Below are positions 19,424 through 29,714 of a DNA stretch of 64,000 bases, one piece after another. Made by a program: the position numbers and the translations under genes. The stretch covers positions 1 through 64,000 of IMG/VR virus record IMGVR_UViG_3300031758_000004. One strand, written 5' to 3'. Each line of letters opens with the position of its first letter. Positions within the stretch are counted from its first letter, which is position 1. The notes below the pieces were generated by a model, which ran no database searches, was not told where the DNA came from, and saw only the letters and a program-made list of their open reading frames with translations. The stretch comes from a virus.

Positions 19424-20353
19424 ATGAAGTATATAAAAAAGTATAAATTATTTGAAAGTGTTTCTGATTATATAGAGTATTATCTAAATGTATTAGAAAC
19501 TGATGATGAGGAAATTAAATATATTTTAATAGATCTTATCGATTTAGGATATACAACATCCTATGATATAGCGTTTATGGGAGCTGATGGTAAACTAAGA
19601 GTAAATAAGAATAGTAGTGAGGTTAAACCAAGATTAATTTTAAAATTAAAGGCGCCGAGTAATATAAATGTTCAAAGAACTAAATATACAAATACAAAAT
19701 TACTTAGTTCTTTAACTAATACAACTAATCACATCATTAGTACTTTTGATGATAAATGTGATATTTATTATATGTTTGGTGGTGGTAGTTGGGATATAAC
19801 TTATGTATTTGAATTTCCTATTGAGAAGGATGATACTAAATTGAAATTCAATATAAATGACTTAAAAGAAATACTTATTAACTCATTTGTAAGTGATGAT
19901 GATTATTCTATGGAATTATCAAACTCAGAAAATGGATTTTCTAAAATTTCATTAAATCTCAATGATCGAAAATCAAAGTCGGAAGAATTATTAAATATAA
20001 TAACTAGAGAGAAGGAAAAGGATTTAGATTATGTTTCAAATGAAGAAGAGTCTATTGATATAATAAAAAAAACACTTATGAACTTTATTAAAAATCTTGA
20101 ATTAAAGTATAATATAAAATTTGAATTTGAGAGTTTAAAGAATAAAAGATTAGAAGATATCAAAACTCAACAATATATCAGAAATGCTATAATCTATTAT
20201 TATAAAAATGGTGATAAGATTGAGTTTATAAACTTAGGATATGAATCATCATTTAATGAATATAAAACAAGTATCAAAAGTGGATTTTTTAAAAAACGTG
20301 ATATTTGGATCGGTTTGGAAGATAAAATAAAAGTTGATTTTAAATTAGCATGA
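19424..20353 (+). CDS. Putative internal head protein (CTS-like N-terminus)
   Basis: MKYIKKYKLFES; TAATATATA at 19411. Confidence 0.6.
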   Translation: MKYIKKYKLFESVSDYIEYYLNVLETDDEEIKYILIDLIDLGYTTSYDIAFMGADGKLRVNKNSSEVKPRLILKLKAPSNINVQRTKYTNTKLLSSLTNTTNHIISTFDDKCDIYYMFGGGSWDITYVFEFPIEKDDTKLKFNINDLKEILINSFVSDDDYSMELSNSENGFSKISLNLNDRKSKSEELLNIITREKEKDLDYVSNEEESIDIIKKTLMNFIKNLELKYNIKFEFESLKNKRLEDIKTQQYIRNAIIYYYKNGDKIEFINLGYESSFNEYKTSIKSGFFKKRDIWIGLEDKIKVDFKLA

Positions 20354-20781
20354 AAATAAAGAAATTTAACGAAAATTTAAGTGATGATATCTTTGATGAT
20401 GAAGATAACTTAAAATATATTTTAACAGAGTTTTCTGATATTGGATTTAATTACGATATCAAATACACACTTTTTTATACAAAACCAAATGGTCAACTTG
20501 ACTGGTTAGGTGATATTAAAGAAAAGGATTTTTCTAAATATAGAGGTGTGAATGAACAAGTGTGTGCTTATCTAATTCAATTTGAAGAACTTTTTGAATC
20601 CGAAGTTGCTACTACTTATACTGATACGAGAGTTGGATTTTCAATACCTGATGATAGATACTTTCTTTTCCAAGAAAAAATAAAATATATTAAAGGAGTT
20701 ATTGAAAGAATGGGTTACGTATTTTCTATGTCAATTAGACAAAGTGGTTATTTTGAATTTCTTATTTTAGAGAAAAAATGA
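20350..20781 (+). CDS. Putative internal head protein (CTS-like N-terminus)
   Basis: MKIKKFNENL; shares the LKYILxEFxDxG pattern with the upstream gene. Confidence 0.6.
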   Translation: MKIKKFNENLSDDIFDDEDNLKYILTEFSDIGFNYDIKYTLFYTKPNGQLDWLGDIKEKDFSKYRGVNEQVCAYLIQFEELFESEVATTYTDTRVGFSIPDDRYFLFQEKIKYIKGVIERMGYVFSMSIRQSGYFEFLILEKK

Positions 20782-21188
20782 TTGTAATTTTTACAGATAT
20801 TGATGGTGTACTAAATCCTCATTGGAAAAAGAAGTGGGATAAAAAGGCGATTGCTTGTTATAATCGTTTATGTAAAGAGTTTGATCTTAAACCAGTAATA
20901 ACTTCTACCTGGAGATTAAATCATACAAAAGAAGAACTACAAAATGTTTTTACTAGTCAAGGAATTGATATAGAAATATTTGATTATACACCTCATATAG
21001 ATCAACAAGACAGAGGATTAGAAATAAAAGATTGGTTATCAAAAAATAAAGTTGATAATTATGTTGTTATTGATGATAGAGTATTTGATATAGAACCACA
21101 CGTTGATAATGTTATTAAATGTAGAAGTTGGATTGGTTTAACCGAAGAAGAATGTGATATAATAAGAAATATTTTAAGTCATGAGTGA
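20778..21188 (+). CDS. HAD-family phosphatase (Swiss-Army-Knife RNA-repair-like type)
   Basis: FTDIDGVLN, ITSTWR, VVIDD. Confidence 0.75.
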   Translation: MIVIFTDIDGVLNPHWKKKWDKKAIACYNRLCKEFDLKPVITSTWRLNHTKEELQNVFTSQGIDIEIFDYTPHIDQQDRGLEIKDWLSKNKVDNYVVIDDRVFDIEPHVDNVIKCRSWIGLTEEECDIIRNILSHE

Positions 21189-21339
21189 TGATTTTTTCAA
21201 TAGTTTTAAAAAGCCAGAACCAAAACACGAACATAAAATAAAAGTGGTTCATTTTAAAAAAGAACCTTATGATATTTATATTGGTAGATTACCTAATGGT
21301 TTCAAACTTATTCAAGACCTTTTTATAGAATGGTTCTAA
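21181..21339 (+). pseudogene. Truncated DUF4326-like ORF (52 aa)
   Basis: Hand translation includes VVHFKKEPYDIYIGR, then ends early. Confidence 0.45.
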
Positions 21340-21361
21340 GACAATTTAAATTAGAACTATT

Positions 21362-22144
21362 ATGCCAGAATATGTAGAAGTTAAGATAATGTCGGAATTT
21401 ATAAATGATAAAGTTTCTGATAAAAAATTCAACAAGTTTTTTCACGTAGAAAAAGGTAATATACCAAGAGAAGATAATTTTATTACAGATTTTAAAGTAA
21501 ATAGTAATTCAAATGGTAAAGAATTATTAGTTTATTTATATCATGATGTTACATGTTTTTCCTTTTCTGTCTTTATGGGAATGTCCGGAAATTGGAAGTT
21601 TGTACCAACTAATAAATGGAATGAAACAAAATTTGTTAGAATGCGTCTTGATACAACTGATGGTTGGTCTTTACTACTTTATGGTGGGTATATGGGACCT
21701 AAATATAAATTAGGTGGCTTTGGTGGTGTTAAAAGAGGTCCAGATCCTTTAAAAGAAAAGGATAAATTTAAGAAATTGGTTTTAGATAATATTGGTTGTA
21801 AAGCTTTTGATAAACAACTTGGCGAATCATTATTAAATCAAAAATACTTTAATGGAATAGGAGCTTATTTATTAGCTGAGATTATTGGTCGATTGGATTA
21901 CAATCCTCGTCGTACAATAAATCAATTAAATAATAAAGAATTAGAAGATCTTTTTGATATGATTATTAGGTGTTTTGAAGAATCGTATAGTTTTGGTGGT
22001 GGTGAGATAAAAGATTGGCAAAATCCATTTGGTGAAAATCGAATAAATGAATGGCTAAAGTTTTATGGTAATAAGGAAACTTGCTATAAAGAAAAATTTG
22101 GAACTAGGAATATATGGATTCAAAAAAAATGGATAATTACTTAG
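21362..22144 (+). CDS. Fpg/Nei-family DNA glycosylase
   Basis: N-terminal PEYVEV, MGMSG, H2TH LLNQKYFNGIGAYLLAEI. Confidence 0.8.
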   Translation: MPEYVEVKIMSEFINDKVSDKKFNKFFHVEKGNIPREDNFITDFKVNSNSNGKELLVYLYHDVTCFSFSVFMGMSGNWKFVPTNKWNETKFVRMRLDTTDGWSLLLYGGYMGPKYKLGGFGGVKRGPDPLKEKDKFKKLVLDNIGCKAFDKQLGESLLNQKYFNGIGAYLLAEIIGRLDYNPRRTINQLNNKELEDLFDMIIRCFEESYSFGGGEIKDWQNPFGENRINEWLKFYGNKETCYKEKFGTRNIWIQKKWIIT

Positions 22145-22189
22145 GATGAACAATTCTTTTTATATATACTTAAAATAACTTTAAGAATT

Positions 22190-23047
22190 ATGAAAAAGTA
22201 TTATGTTTATACACTAAGCCACAATGATATAATTTTTTATGTAGGTAAGGGTACTAAGAATAGAATGTATGTTCATGAACAAAGAGCAATAAAAGGAATC
22301 AAATCTAATAATAATTCAGCTCTTTTTAATAAAATAAATGAAATATTAAAATTAGATCAAAAAATTGAATATACTAAAATTTTTGAAACTGATGATGAAC
22401 TCGAAGCATATAGAATTGAATATGAAAAAATTGATGAAATTGGCTTAGATAATTTATGTAACCTAACAAAAGACTATTTAAAAACCTCCGTATCGGATAT
22501 GGTTAAAATTGGACTTAAAAAATCAGAAAAATGGAAGGAAGCTATTGAAAATAAAAAAAGTGATGAGACTAGAGAATATTATAGAATTATAAATACTGGT
22601 GAGAAAAATCCTAGATATGGTAAAAAAAATACCAATGGACATATGGAATGTATAAAAAAATCCTTAATAGGTGTTCCAAAATCATTAGAACATAGAGATA
22701 AAATATCAAAGGCATTAACTGGTATAAAAAGAAGTGATGAATATAAAAATAAATTATCTGAGTCACTTAGAAATTCTGAAAAATTAAAAGAAGTCACACA
22801 ATCCATTGAATTTAGAAATAAACATAAATACAACACAACTAAAAGACATGAAGAGTTAATAACTTACTATTTTGAATACAATGGTAATATTATAATACAT
22901 AAAGGTGGTTTAAAAAATATGGCAGATAAATATGAAATAACCTTTTATAATCTAAAAAGATTAAGATACGGAATAATTACAGAGTATAAAGGATGGAAGT
23001 TCATATCAATGGATAATAAATCCACCATTAAAAACAATGAAGTTTAA
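22190..23047 (+). mobile_element. Free-standing GIY-YIG homing endonuclease with NUMOD3-like repeats
   Basis: YYVYTL..FYVGKG..R; NPRYGKK, HRDKISKAL. Confidence 0.8.
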
Positions 23048-23082
23048 TTAGAAACTTTTGTCATTATAATAAATAAAATAGT

Positions 23083-23604
23083 ATGTTTGATAAAGATATA
23101 AACCTAATTATAGGAAGTAATTCCTTAGGGAAAACTTTTCTACTAAGAGATATAGTTGGATGTTTATATAACAGTAATATAATTTTCTTAGAAATTGATG
23201 GTACTAATTCACGATTCAAAGTAGAAAAATTAAAACATCTTTTCCTAAAAGTTTCCAATATAAAATCCAATTTACAATCAGATTTAATGATTATGGATAT
23301 GATTGATGAAATGGTAATTAAGAATAAAATAGATTATATTATAGTTGATGATATTGATTTTTTCAGTAGTGAAATATCTAAGAGAATATTGAATATAAAA
23401 ACAAAAAAGATACTTACCGTTACTAATCTTACTTTCAATAATGGTGGTTTCCCTAAAGAGAAAATTAAATTATTTTCAATACACCGACTGCCTGGATTAA
23501 ATCAAACTTTTGTATCAGTGGATGGTAATGTATATGAGATATCAAACTTTATTAAAACTATAAATAGAGATGAAAAAATAAATAAATTATTAGATGAAAA
23601 GTAA
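23083..23604 (+). CDS. P-loop-like protein with C-terminal NRDEKINKLL motif
   Basis: IIGSNSLGKT, IIVDDID. Confidence 0.55.
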   Translation: MFDKDINLIIGSNSLGKTFLLRDIVGCLYNSNIIFLEIDGTNSRFKVEKLKHLFLKVSNIKSNLQSDLMIMDMIDEMVIKNKIDYIIVDDIDFFSSEISKRILNIKTKKILTVTNLTFNNGGFPKEKIKLFSIHRLPGLNQTFVSVDGNVYEISNFIKTINRDEKINKLLDEK

Positions 23605-23767
23605 TATAAACGATGGATTGGATCCTAATAATCCAGCACATGAAATAATTATCAGAATTAATAACAGAAATGAGGAGTTATATGGTAAATACCACGGTGA
23701 TTGTGGTTTATTTGAACAATTTTGTTATTGTAAAAAAGAAAAGTTAGGTAATGAACAAAGCAGATAA
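23594..23767 (+). CDS. Small hypothetical protein (57 aa)
   Basis: Hand-read ORF MKSNINDGLDPNNPAH.. overlapping both neighbours. Confidence 0.4.
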   Translation: MKSNINDGLDPNNPAHEIIIRINNRNEELYGKYHGDCGLFEQFCYCKKEKLGNEQSR

Positions 23768-24581
23768 ATATTATATTGAAAATCTTAATAAGATATTAAG
23801 TGAAGGTTCTTGGGATGAAAATCCAAGACCAGTTTGGTCAGATGGTAAACCAGCTCATACAAAATTCATTACTGGAGTATTTGAAGAATATGACCTTTCT
23901 AAAGGTGAGTTTCCAATTACCACATTAAGAAATACTGCAATCAAAACTGGAATTAGAGAAGTTCTTTGGATTTATCAAAAACAAACTAGTTCATTAGAGA
24001 TTGCTCGTGAATTAGGAGTTAATTGGTGGGAAGAATGGAATATTGGTGATGAAACAATTGGTCAACGATATGGCGCTACTATCAATAGATATGATTTGAT
24101 GAATCAACTTTTATATGGTTTAAAAAATGACCCTTTTGGTAGAAGACACATTATTAATATGTTTCAATATTCTGATTTGAAAGAAACTAAAGGATTACAT
24201 CCTTGTGCTTATGAAACACTTTGGTCTGTAAGAAAAGTAGATGGTGAATATTATTTAGATATGACTTTAACTCAAAGATCAAATGACTATGTAATGGCTG
24301 GATACATAAATAAGATACAATATGTTGCTCTTCAGATGATGGTTGCTAGTCATTGTGGGTATAAAGTTGGTAAGTTCTGTCATTTAGTTCAAAATTTACA
24401 CGTTTATGATAGACACATGGATTCTGTAAAAGAGATTTTAGAAAGAAAACCTTTAGATATAAATCCAAAAATTTCATTAGTTCAAAAAGATAATTTTTAT
24501 GATTATACAGTTGATGACTTTATCATAGAAGGAATTGAGGGAATTCAAAAGTTAAGTCAGAAATTAGAAATAGCTGTTTAA
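23751..24581 (+). CDS. thyA: Thymidylate synthase
   Basis: GQRYG, LHPCAY catalytic Cys, QRSNDY..N, HVYDRH. Confidence 0.92.
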   Translation: MNKADKYYIENLNKILSEGSWDENPRPVWSDGKPAHTKFITGVFEEYDLSKGEFPITTLRNTAIKTGIREVLWIYQKQTSSLEIARELGVNWWEEWNIGDETIGQRYGATINRYDLMNQLLYGLKNDPFGRRHIINMFQYSDLKETKGLHPCAYETLWSVRKVDGEYYLDMTLTQRSNDYVMAGYINKIQYVALQMMVASHCGYKVGKFCHLVQNLHVYDRHMDSVKEILERKPLDINPKISLVQKDNFYDYTVDDFIIEGIEGIQKLSQKLEIAV

Positions 24582-24626
24582 ACTTATTATATTATATCCT
24601 ATATAAATAAAAAATATTTTTCTAAA

Positions 24627-25142
24627 ATGTCAGAAAATAAAGAATATACAATGAACGAGCTTAATGATGGTAAAACATTATATGAGTTTATACAAGAACA
24701 ACTAGCAGATGTAGATACAGATGAATTATCAGACGATGTCAGTGATGAAGTTCAAATTGAAATATCTCCTGAAAAAATATATTTTTGGACTAGAGTTTAT
24801 TTAAAAGATGAAAATCCTAATATAGAAATTGGTGATTATGTTACTCTAACATATACTACCTCCGGTGAAAAATTAAAAACGCAATTCTTCGCTTATGGTA
24901 AAACAGGTCTTGAAAGAAATCACGATGATGAATTAATTAATTACAATTCAGAAGATGATAAAAAAGTTTTATGTTTAATGGTTGAAGAAAAAGTTGTTAA
25001 TGAAAGTGAAGACATTCCATTTATCAGAACACTCTTTAAATTAGGAAGACATTACGAATATCAATTAGTAAAGAGAGATGAATTGCAATTTGTTGTAGAG
25101 AAAAATGGTATAATTTTAGACTATTTTGATTGCGATTTTTAA
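24627..25142 (+). CDS. Hypothetical protein
   Basis: 171-aa acidic ORF. Confidence 0.7.
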   Translation: MSENKEYTMNELNDGKTLYEFIQEQLADVDTDELSDDVSDEVQIEISPEKIYFWTRVYLKDENPNIEIGDYVTLTYTTSGEKLKTQFFAYGKTGLERNHDDELINYNSEDDKKVLCLMVEEKVVNESEDIPFIRTLFKLGRHYEYQLVKRDELQFVVEKNGIILDYFDCDF

Positions 25143-25170
25143 TTTTCTTTTTTTTTTCATAGTTTAATTT

Positions 25171-25195
25171 CCCACACCAAAAGTGTGGGTTTTTT
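25171..25195 (+). terminator. Intrinsic terminator
   Basis: cccacac-caaaa-gtgtggg followed by a T-tract. Confidence 0.8.
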
Positions 25196-25261
25196 ATTTT
25201 AAAAAATTTAAACCATGTTGTAAATCATGAATATAACACATGTAAAAAATAATTTAATAAA

Positions 25262-26788
25262 ATGCTTATTGAAACACAATATTTGACAAATACGAAGAAA
25301 TTAGTTTGTAGTTATGTAGATAAAACCGGTGATATAAAACTTAAATATTATGACTGGGATAATCCAGTTAAATACGTTACTTGTGAGGAGAATGATCCTC
25401 AAAAACATCCAACTTATAAATCTTGGGATGGTAAATCAGTAAAATTGGTTCAAGTTGAGAGACCTGATAGATACGCAATCTATGAGTATTTAGACGCACT
25501 TCCAAAAGAAGAACAAGATGAGTTGTTTGAGTTTAACCTACCAAAGATTTACTTTATAGATATTGAAACTGAAATTATTGATGGTTTTCCTGAAGCTGCT
25601 GATATTAAAGATCAGCAAGGTAATGTTATACAAGAAGGAGCAGCTACTCAAGTTCTTTCAATATCAATTGTTTATGACGATAAAATTATCTTATTAGGTT
25701 TAAAGGATATGCCTGAAGATATGCAAGAACGTATAAGAACTAACACAAATAAATACTTTAAGAAATTTAATTCAGATTATAAGTTTAAGTATGTTAAGTA
25801 TGATGATGAGTTTGATATGTTATATGCTTTCTTTCATAAAATGGTTCCTAAAATGCCACTTTTAACTGGATGGAACTTCTTGAACTATGACTGGTTGTAT
25901 TTAGTAAACCGTTCTAGAAAAATATCCAAATGGATGAATGGTAAAGAATATAGAATCAATCCAAATGAATCATCGCCTTTAAAAAGATTGAATAAAATGT
26001 GGGGAACTGATTTTGAGGTACCAGCACATAGAATGATCTTTGATTACATGCAATTATATGAAATTTGTGATACTTCAATCAAGGTAAAAGAGTCATCATC
26101 ATTAGACTTTGTTTCTCAGAAATTAGTTGGTGTTGATAAAATTAAATATACAGGATCATTACAAAAACTTTATGAGGATGATTTTGAAACTTTTATGTAT
26201 TATAACGCTGTCGATAGTGTCTTAGTACAAAAAATTCACGAAGCAAGAAACTATATCTCTATTGTTTATGCGATCTCTTCATTATCGAGAATTAGAATTG
26301 TTGATGTTGTTTCTCAAATGAATAATGCTTTAGCTTCTTTAGCAATCACAGAAGGAGTTTTAAGAAATCGATTTAGAGAAATGGATAATATAGTTCTTTT
26401 CAAAGACGAAAAGGGAGATGGTGAATCAACTATTGCAGGTGGATGGGTTAAAGATCCAGTAGTCGGAATGAACAGATGGTGTGTTACTTATGATTTCAGC
26501 TCACTTTATCCCACAACACAACGTCAGTTTTACATAGCCCCTGAAAACTTCGTTGGTGTTCAATCAAGTAGAGATAAAACTATGTGTGAAAATGGTAGAG
26601 AAATTGATTTAAATAATCATGTGTTATGTGTAAATGGTGTAGTTTTCGAGAAAAGGTTATCACCCACACTCAAGATGTTGGAAGATATATATGCCGATAG
26701 AAAATATAATAAAAATATCATGATGAGCAAAAAGGAAGAGCTTAAAAAAGTACTTGATATGATCAAAGAATTGGAAAATGATATTTAA
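25262..26788 (+). CDS. Family B DNA polymerase, N-terminal fragment (gp43A-like)
   Basis: ExoI FIDIETE, ExoII GWNFLNYD, ExoIII YNAVD, motif A YDFSSLYP. Ends after RKYNK; no motif B NSxYG or motif C DTDS. Confidence 0.88.
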   Translation: MLIETQYLTNTKKLVCSYVDKTGDIKLKYYDWDNPVKYVTCEENDPQKHPTYKSWDGKSVKLVQVERPDRYAIYEYLDALPKEEQDELFEFNLPKIYFIDIETEIIDGFPEAADIKDQQGNVIQEGAATQVLSISIVYDDKIILLGLKDMPEDMQERIRTNTNKYFKKFNSDYKFKYVKYDDEFDMLYAFFHKMVPKMPLLTGWNFLNYDWLYLVNRSRKISKWMNGKEYRINPNESSPLKRLNKMWGTDFEVPAHRMIFDYMQLYEICDTSIKVKESSSLDFVSQKLVGVDKIKYTGSLQKLYEDDFETFMYYNAVDSVLVQKIHEARNYISIVYAISSLSRIRIVDVVSQMNNALASLAITEGVLRNRFREMDNIVLFKDEKGDGESTIAGGWVKDPVVGMNRWCVTYDFSSLYPTTQRQFYIAPENFVGVQSSRDKTMCENGREIDLNNHVLCVNGVVFEKRLSPTLKMLEDIYADRKYNKNIMMSKKEELKKVLDMIKELENDI

Positions 26789-26798
26789 TATATAATTA

Positions 26799-27767
26799 AT
26801 GGCTATTAAAATAGATAAAGATGAAATTTATAAAAGACTTAAATTAAAACACCCAGAATATACATTTGATATGAGTGATTATTTAAACACACATTCAAAA
26901 ATAAAAACGATCTGTGATAAAGGTCATGAATCTATACAAACTGTTAAGAATTTATTAAAAGGACATGGATGTAATACTTGTGGTAATAATAGATCTTCAG
27001 AAAAACAAAAGTCGAATTTTGATGATGTTCTAAAAAAGTTTAGAAGTAAACATGGTGATAAATACGACTATTCTGATTTTGTTTATAAAAAAAATAGAAT
27101 AAATTCCACTATAAACTGCCCTGAGCACGGACCTTTTCAACAATCAGCTTGGTCACATATGAATGGAAATGGGTGTGCATCTTGTTCAAATAATAAAAAA
27201 TTAGATACTGAAAATTTTATAAAAAGAGCAAAGAGTGTACACACTATTAATTATGATTATTCAAACGTAGAATATGTTAACATGAAAACACCGGTTACTA
27301 TAATATGTCCAAAACATGGACCTTTCACTCAAGTACCAGCTACTCATGTTATATCAGGATCCGGATGTCCTGTGTGCTCACAATCATATGGAGAGAGATT
27401 AATTGAACTTTTCTTAAATAAAAATAAAATAAGTTATGTGAGACAGAAGAAGTTCAAAGAGTGTTCTTATAAACAATTACTACCTTTTGACTTTTTCTTA
27501 CCTGAATATAACACTTGTATAGAATTTAATGGAATACAGCATTATCAACCAGTTGAGTTATTTGGTGGCGAACCTAATTACAAACTTACTATATTAAGAG
27601 ATAGTATAAAACAAAAGTTTTGTGATGATAATAGTATTAAACTGATTATAATTAAACAAGATAGAAAACATATAGATAAAAAGGATGTTAATCTACAAAT
27701 AGAGAATATAATAAATATATTGAATATCAAGGAATCATTTAAGATTTTTAAAATTCAAAGATTATAA
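26799..27767 (+). mobile_element. Free-standing homing-endonuclease-like gene (CPxHG repeats plus Vsr/DUF559-like nuclease)
   Basis: KHGDKYDY..CPEHG..GCASC repeats; IEFNGIQH. Confidence 0.8.
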
Positions 27768-27778
27768 ACTATAAAATG

Positions 27779-27802
27779 AAACCACTCAATCGAGTGGTTT
27801 TA
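27779..27802. terminator. Bidirectional intrinsic terminator
   Basis: aaaccactc-aatc-gagtggtttt. Confidence 0.8.
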
Positions 27803-28465
27803 TACTTTTACGTATTTTATATCAAAATGAGGTAATTTTTCAGTAATTACTTTTCTAGCTTTTTTGATATACTTTGAATTATCATCATAAAAAATAGCTT
27901 TTTTAAATCCAGTTTCTTCAATTAATTGAACTATTTTATGACCTTTCCATTCACCTGCATTTCTATGATTTAAACTTGGGTACATATGTAAACCATATTT
28001 TGGTTTACTAAATCCTAAATCTTTAAGAGATTTTAAAATTTTATCTCTGATTATTTCTGGTCTAGCTGTTACAATACATTTATTTTCAACAGAATCATAA
28101 AGATCTTTTAAACTTTTAACCTCTTTTGGTAAACTATCATCTGATAGTGAAAACTCATTTGGTGGTAATAGATAAACTCTTAAACCTTTTCTTACCCAAT
28201 ACTTTGAATTCGATGGTATTTCTAATTGATTATTAGGATCTTCAAAATAAATTCTCCCATCTAAATATTTTAATAAATTTTTATCTACATCGATTTCATT
28301 TATACACTTATTGACTAACTCTTCAACACTAACATCTTCCTTTAAGTAGGGAATTGCTAACTCCTCAAATTCAGGAGTTTCAACTAATGTATCGTCAAAA
28401 TCAAAAATATATAAAATATCTTGATTGACGATACCTTTGAATTCAAAAAACTTTTTAATCTTCAT
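27800..28465 (-). CDS. HAD-superfamily phosphatase with CTS-like N-terminus
   Basis: Likely start MKIKKFFEF at 28465; FDFDDTL, VTAR, FYDD. Confidence 0.7.
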   Translation of the reverse strand: MKIKKFFEFKGIVNQDILYIFDFDDTLVETPEFEELAIPYLKEDVSVEELVNKCINEIDVDKNLLKYLDGRIYFEDPNNQLEIPSNSKYWVRKGLRVYLLPPNEFSLSDDSLPKEVKSLKDLYDSVENKCIVTARPEIIRDKILKSLKDLGFSKPKYGLHMYPSLNHRNAGEWKGHKIVQLIEETGFKKAIFYDDNSKYIKKARKVITEKLPHFDIKYVKV

Positions 28466-28637
28466 AAAAAAATATCTCATTTAGAAGTGATTTTATACCA
28501 TCTCCAAAATGTTCAATACACATAGTATATATTTCTTCTGAAAATTCATATCCTTCAATAATTAAAGAATTGACATATTCTTTTACATCTTCTGATGTTG
28601 TGTATATGTTAAAATCATCATAATCTAGTAAATACAT
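28455..28637 (-). CDS. Small hypothetical protein
   Basis: 60-aa acidic ORF. Confidence 0.55.
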   Translation of the reverse strand: MYLLDYDDFNIYTTSEDVKEYVNSLIIEGYEFSEEIYTMCIEHFGDGIKSLLNEIFFYED

Positions 28638-28696
28638 AAGGGAAAAAAGTTTATTTTTCTTATATATTTACTAAAAAATATAAAAAACCTCTTTTT

Positions 28697-29674
28697 TTAA
28701 ACATTTTTTATAAGATTTACGAATTCTTTGAAACTTTTAATACTTTCATTTAAAATTTCATCTAAAATAGAATTTAACTTAGAGTAATCCTTGTATGATA
28801 TTCTAAATAATTTTATATTGTTATTTTTACAATAATCATTTTTACTTATATCTCTCAATTTCTGATTGTTAAACTCCGCATCACCTCCAAATCTCACTCT
28901 TGGTTCAAAATGTTGAATACCATCATATTCAATACATATATTTTTTAATGGTAAAAAGAAATCCATCTTTAATTTAGTTCCAGGTATTATTCTTTGTTCT
29001 TCAAATTTTATATTTTTAGATATAAGAAAATTTCTTATAAATTTCTCACCCTTTGATATTATATTTCTATAACAAACAGGACATCCTTGTCCAGATAAAT
29101 GTTTATCAGGTCTTTGTTTAAATTCACCATGATCAGGACATATTATAATAGATGCTTCTCTATTATTTATATACTCAAATTTTGAATAATCATATTTATT
29201 TTGGTGTATTATATTAGATCTTTCTGTAAATATATCTCTTGTTAATTTATTTTTACCACACAAATTACATCCTTGATTTTGTCTTAAATGATTATTTAAT
29301 CTTTTAGAGAAAAAGCCATGTACCGGACATATTATATCACTTATAACAGCAGTTTGCCCTGTTCCATTTATTTTGCATTTAGAATAATCATAATCATACA
29401 TTTTTTCCAATCTATCAATAATTGTTTTATCATCTAACTTGTTTAATTTTTTAACTCCCGTTAATTTCTCCGCAATTTTCAATTGTGAACACTTTTTACA
29501 ACCATTTCCATTCATATGTGATTTAGGTATTTGTTCAAAATAACCATGTATCGGGCATTTAATTTTAACAGGTGTGTATTGATTTATATAATTAACATTA
29601 TCATAATTAAATTTATCACCATGTTTATCTTTTGATCTATCTATAAACTCTTCATATGTTATCTTTTTTGGCAT
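28697..29674 (-). mobile_element. Free-standing homing-endonuclease-like gene (CPxHG repeats plus Vsr/DUF559-like nuclease)
   Basis: Likely start MPKKITYEEF at 29674 behind TAATATATA (29697-29705, minus strand); IEYDGIQH. Confidence 0.8.
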
Positions 29675-29714
29675 AAACTTTAATAAAACTTTATCATATA
29701 TATTAAAAAAAAGT

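Noticed and set aside
26700-26788. Split-intein N-part at the end of PolB
   Set aside because: No Cys/Ser-initiated block A motif; the tail is helical and fits the fingers coiled coil.
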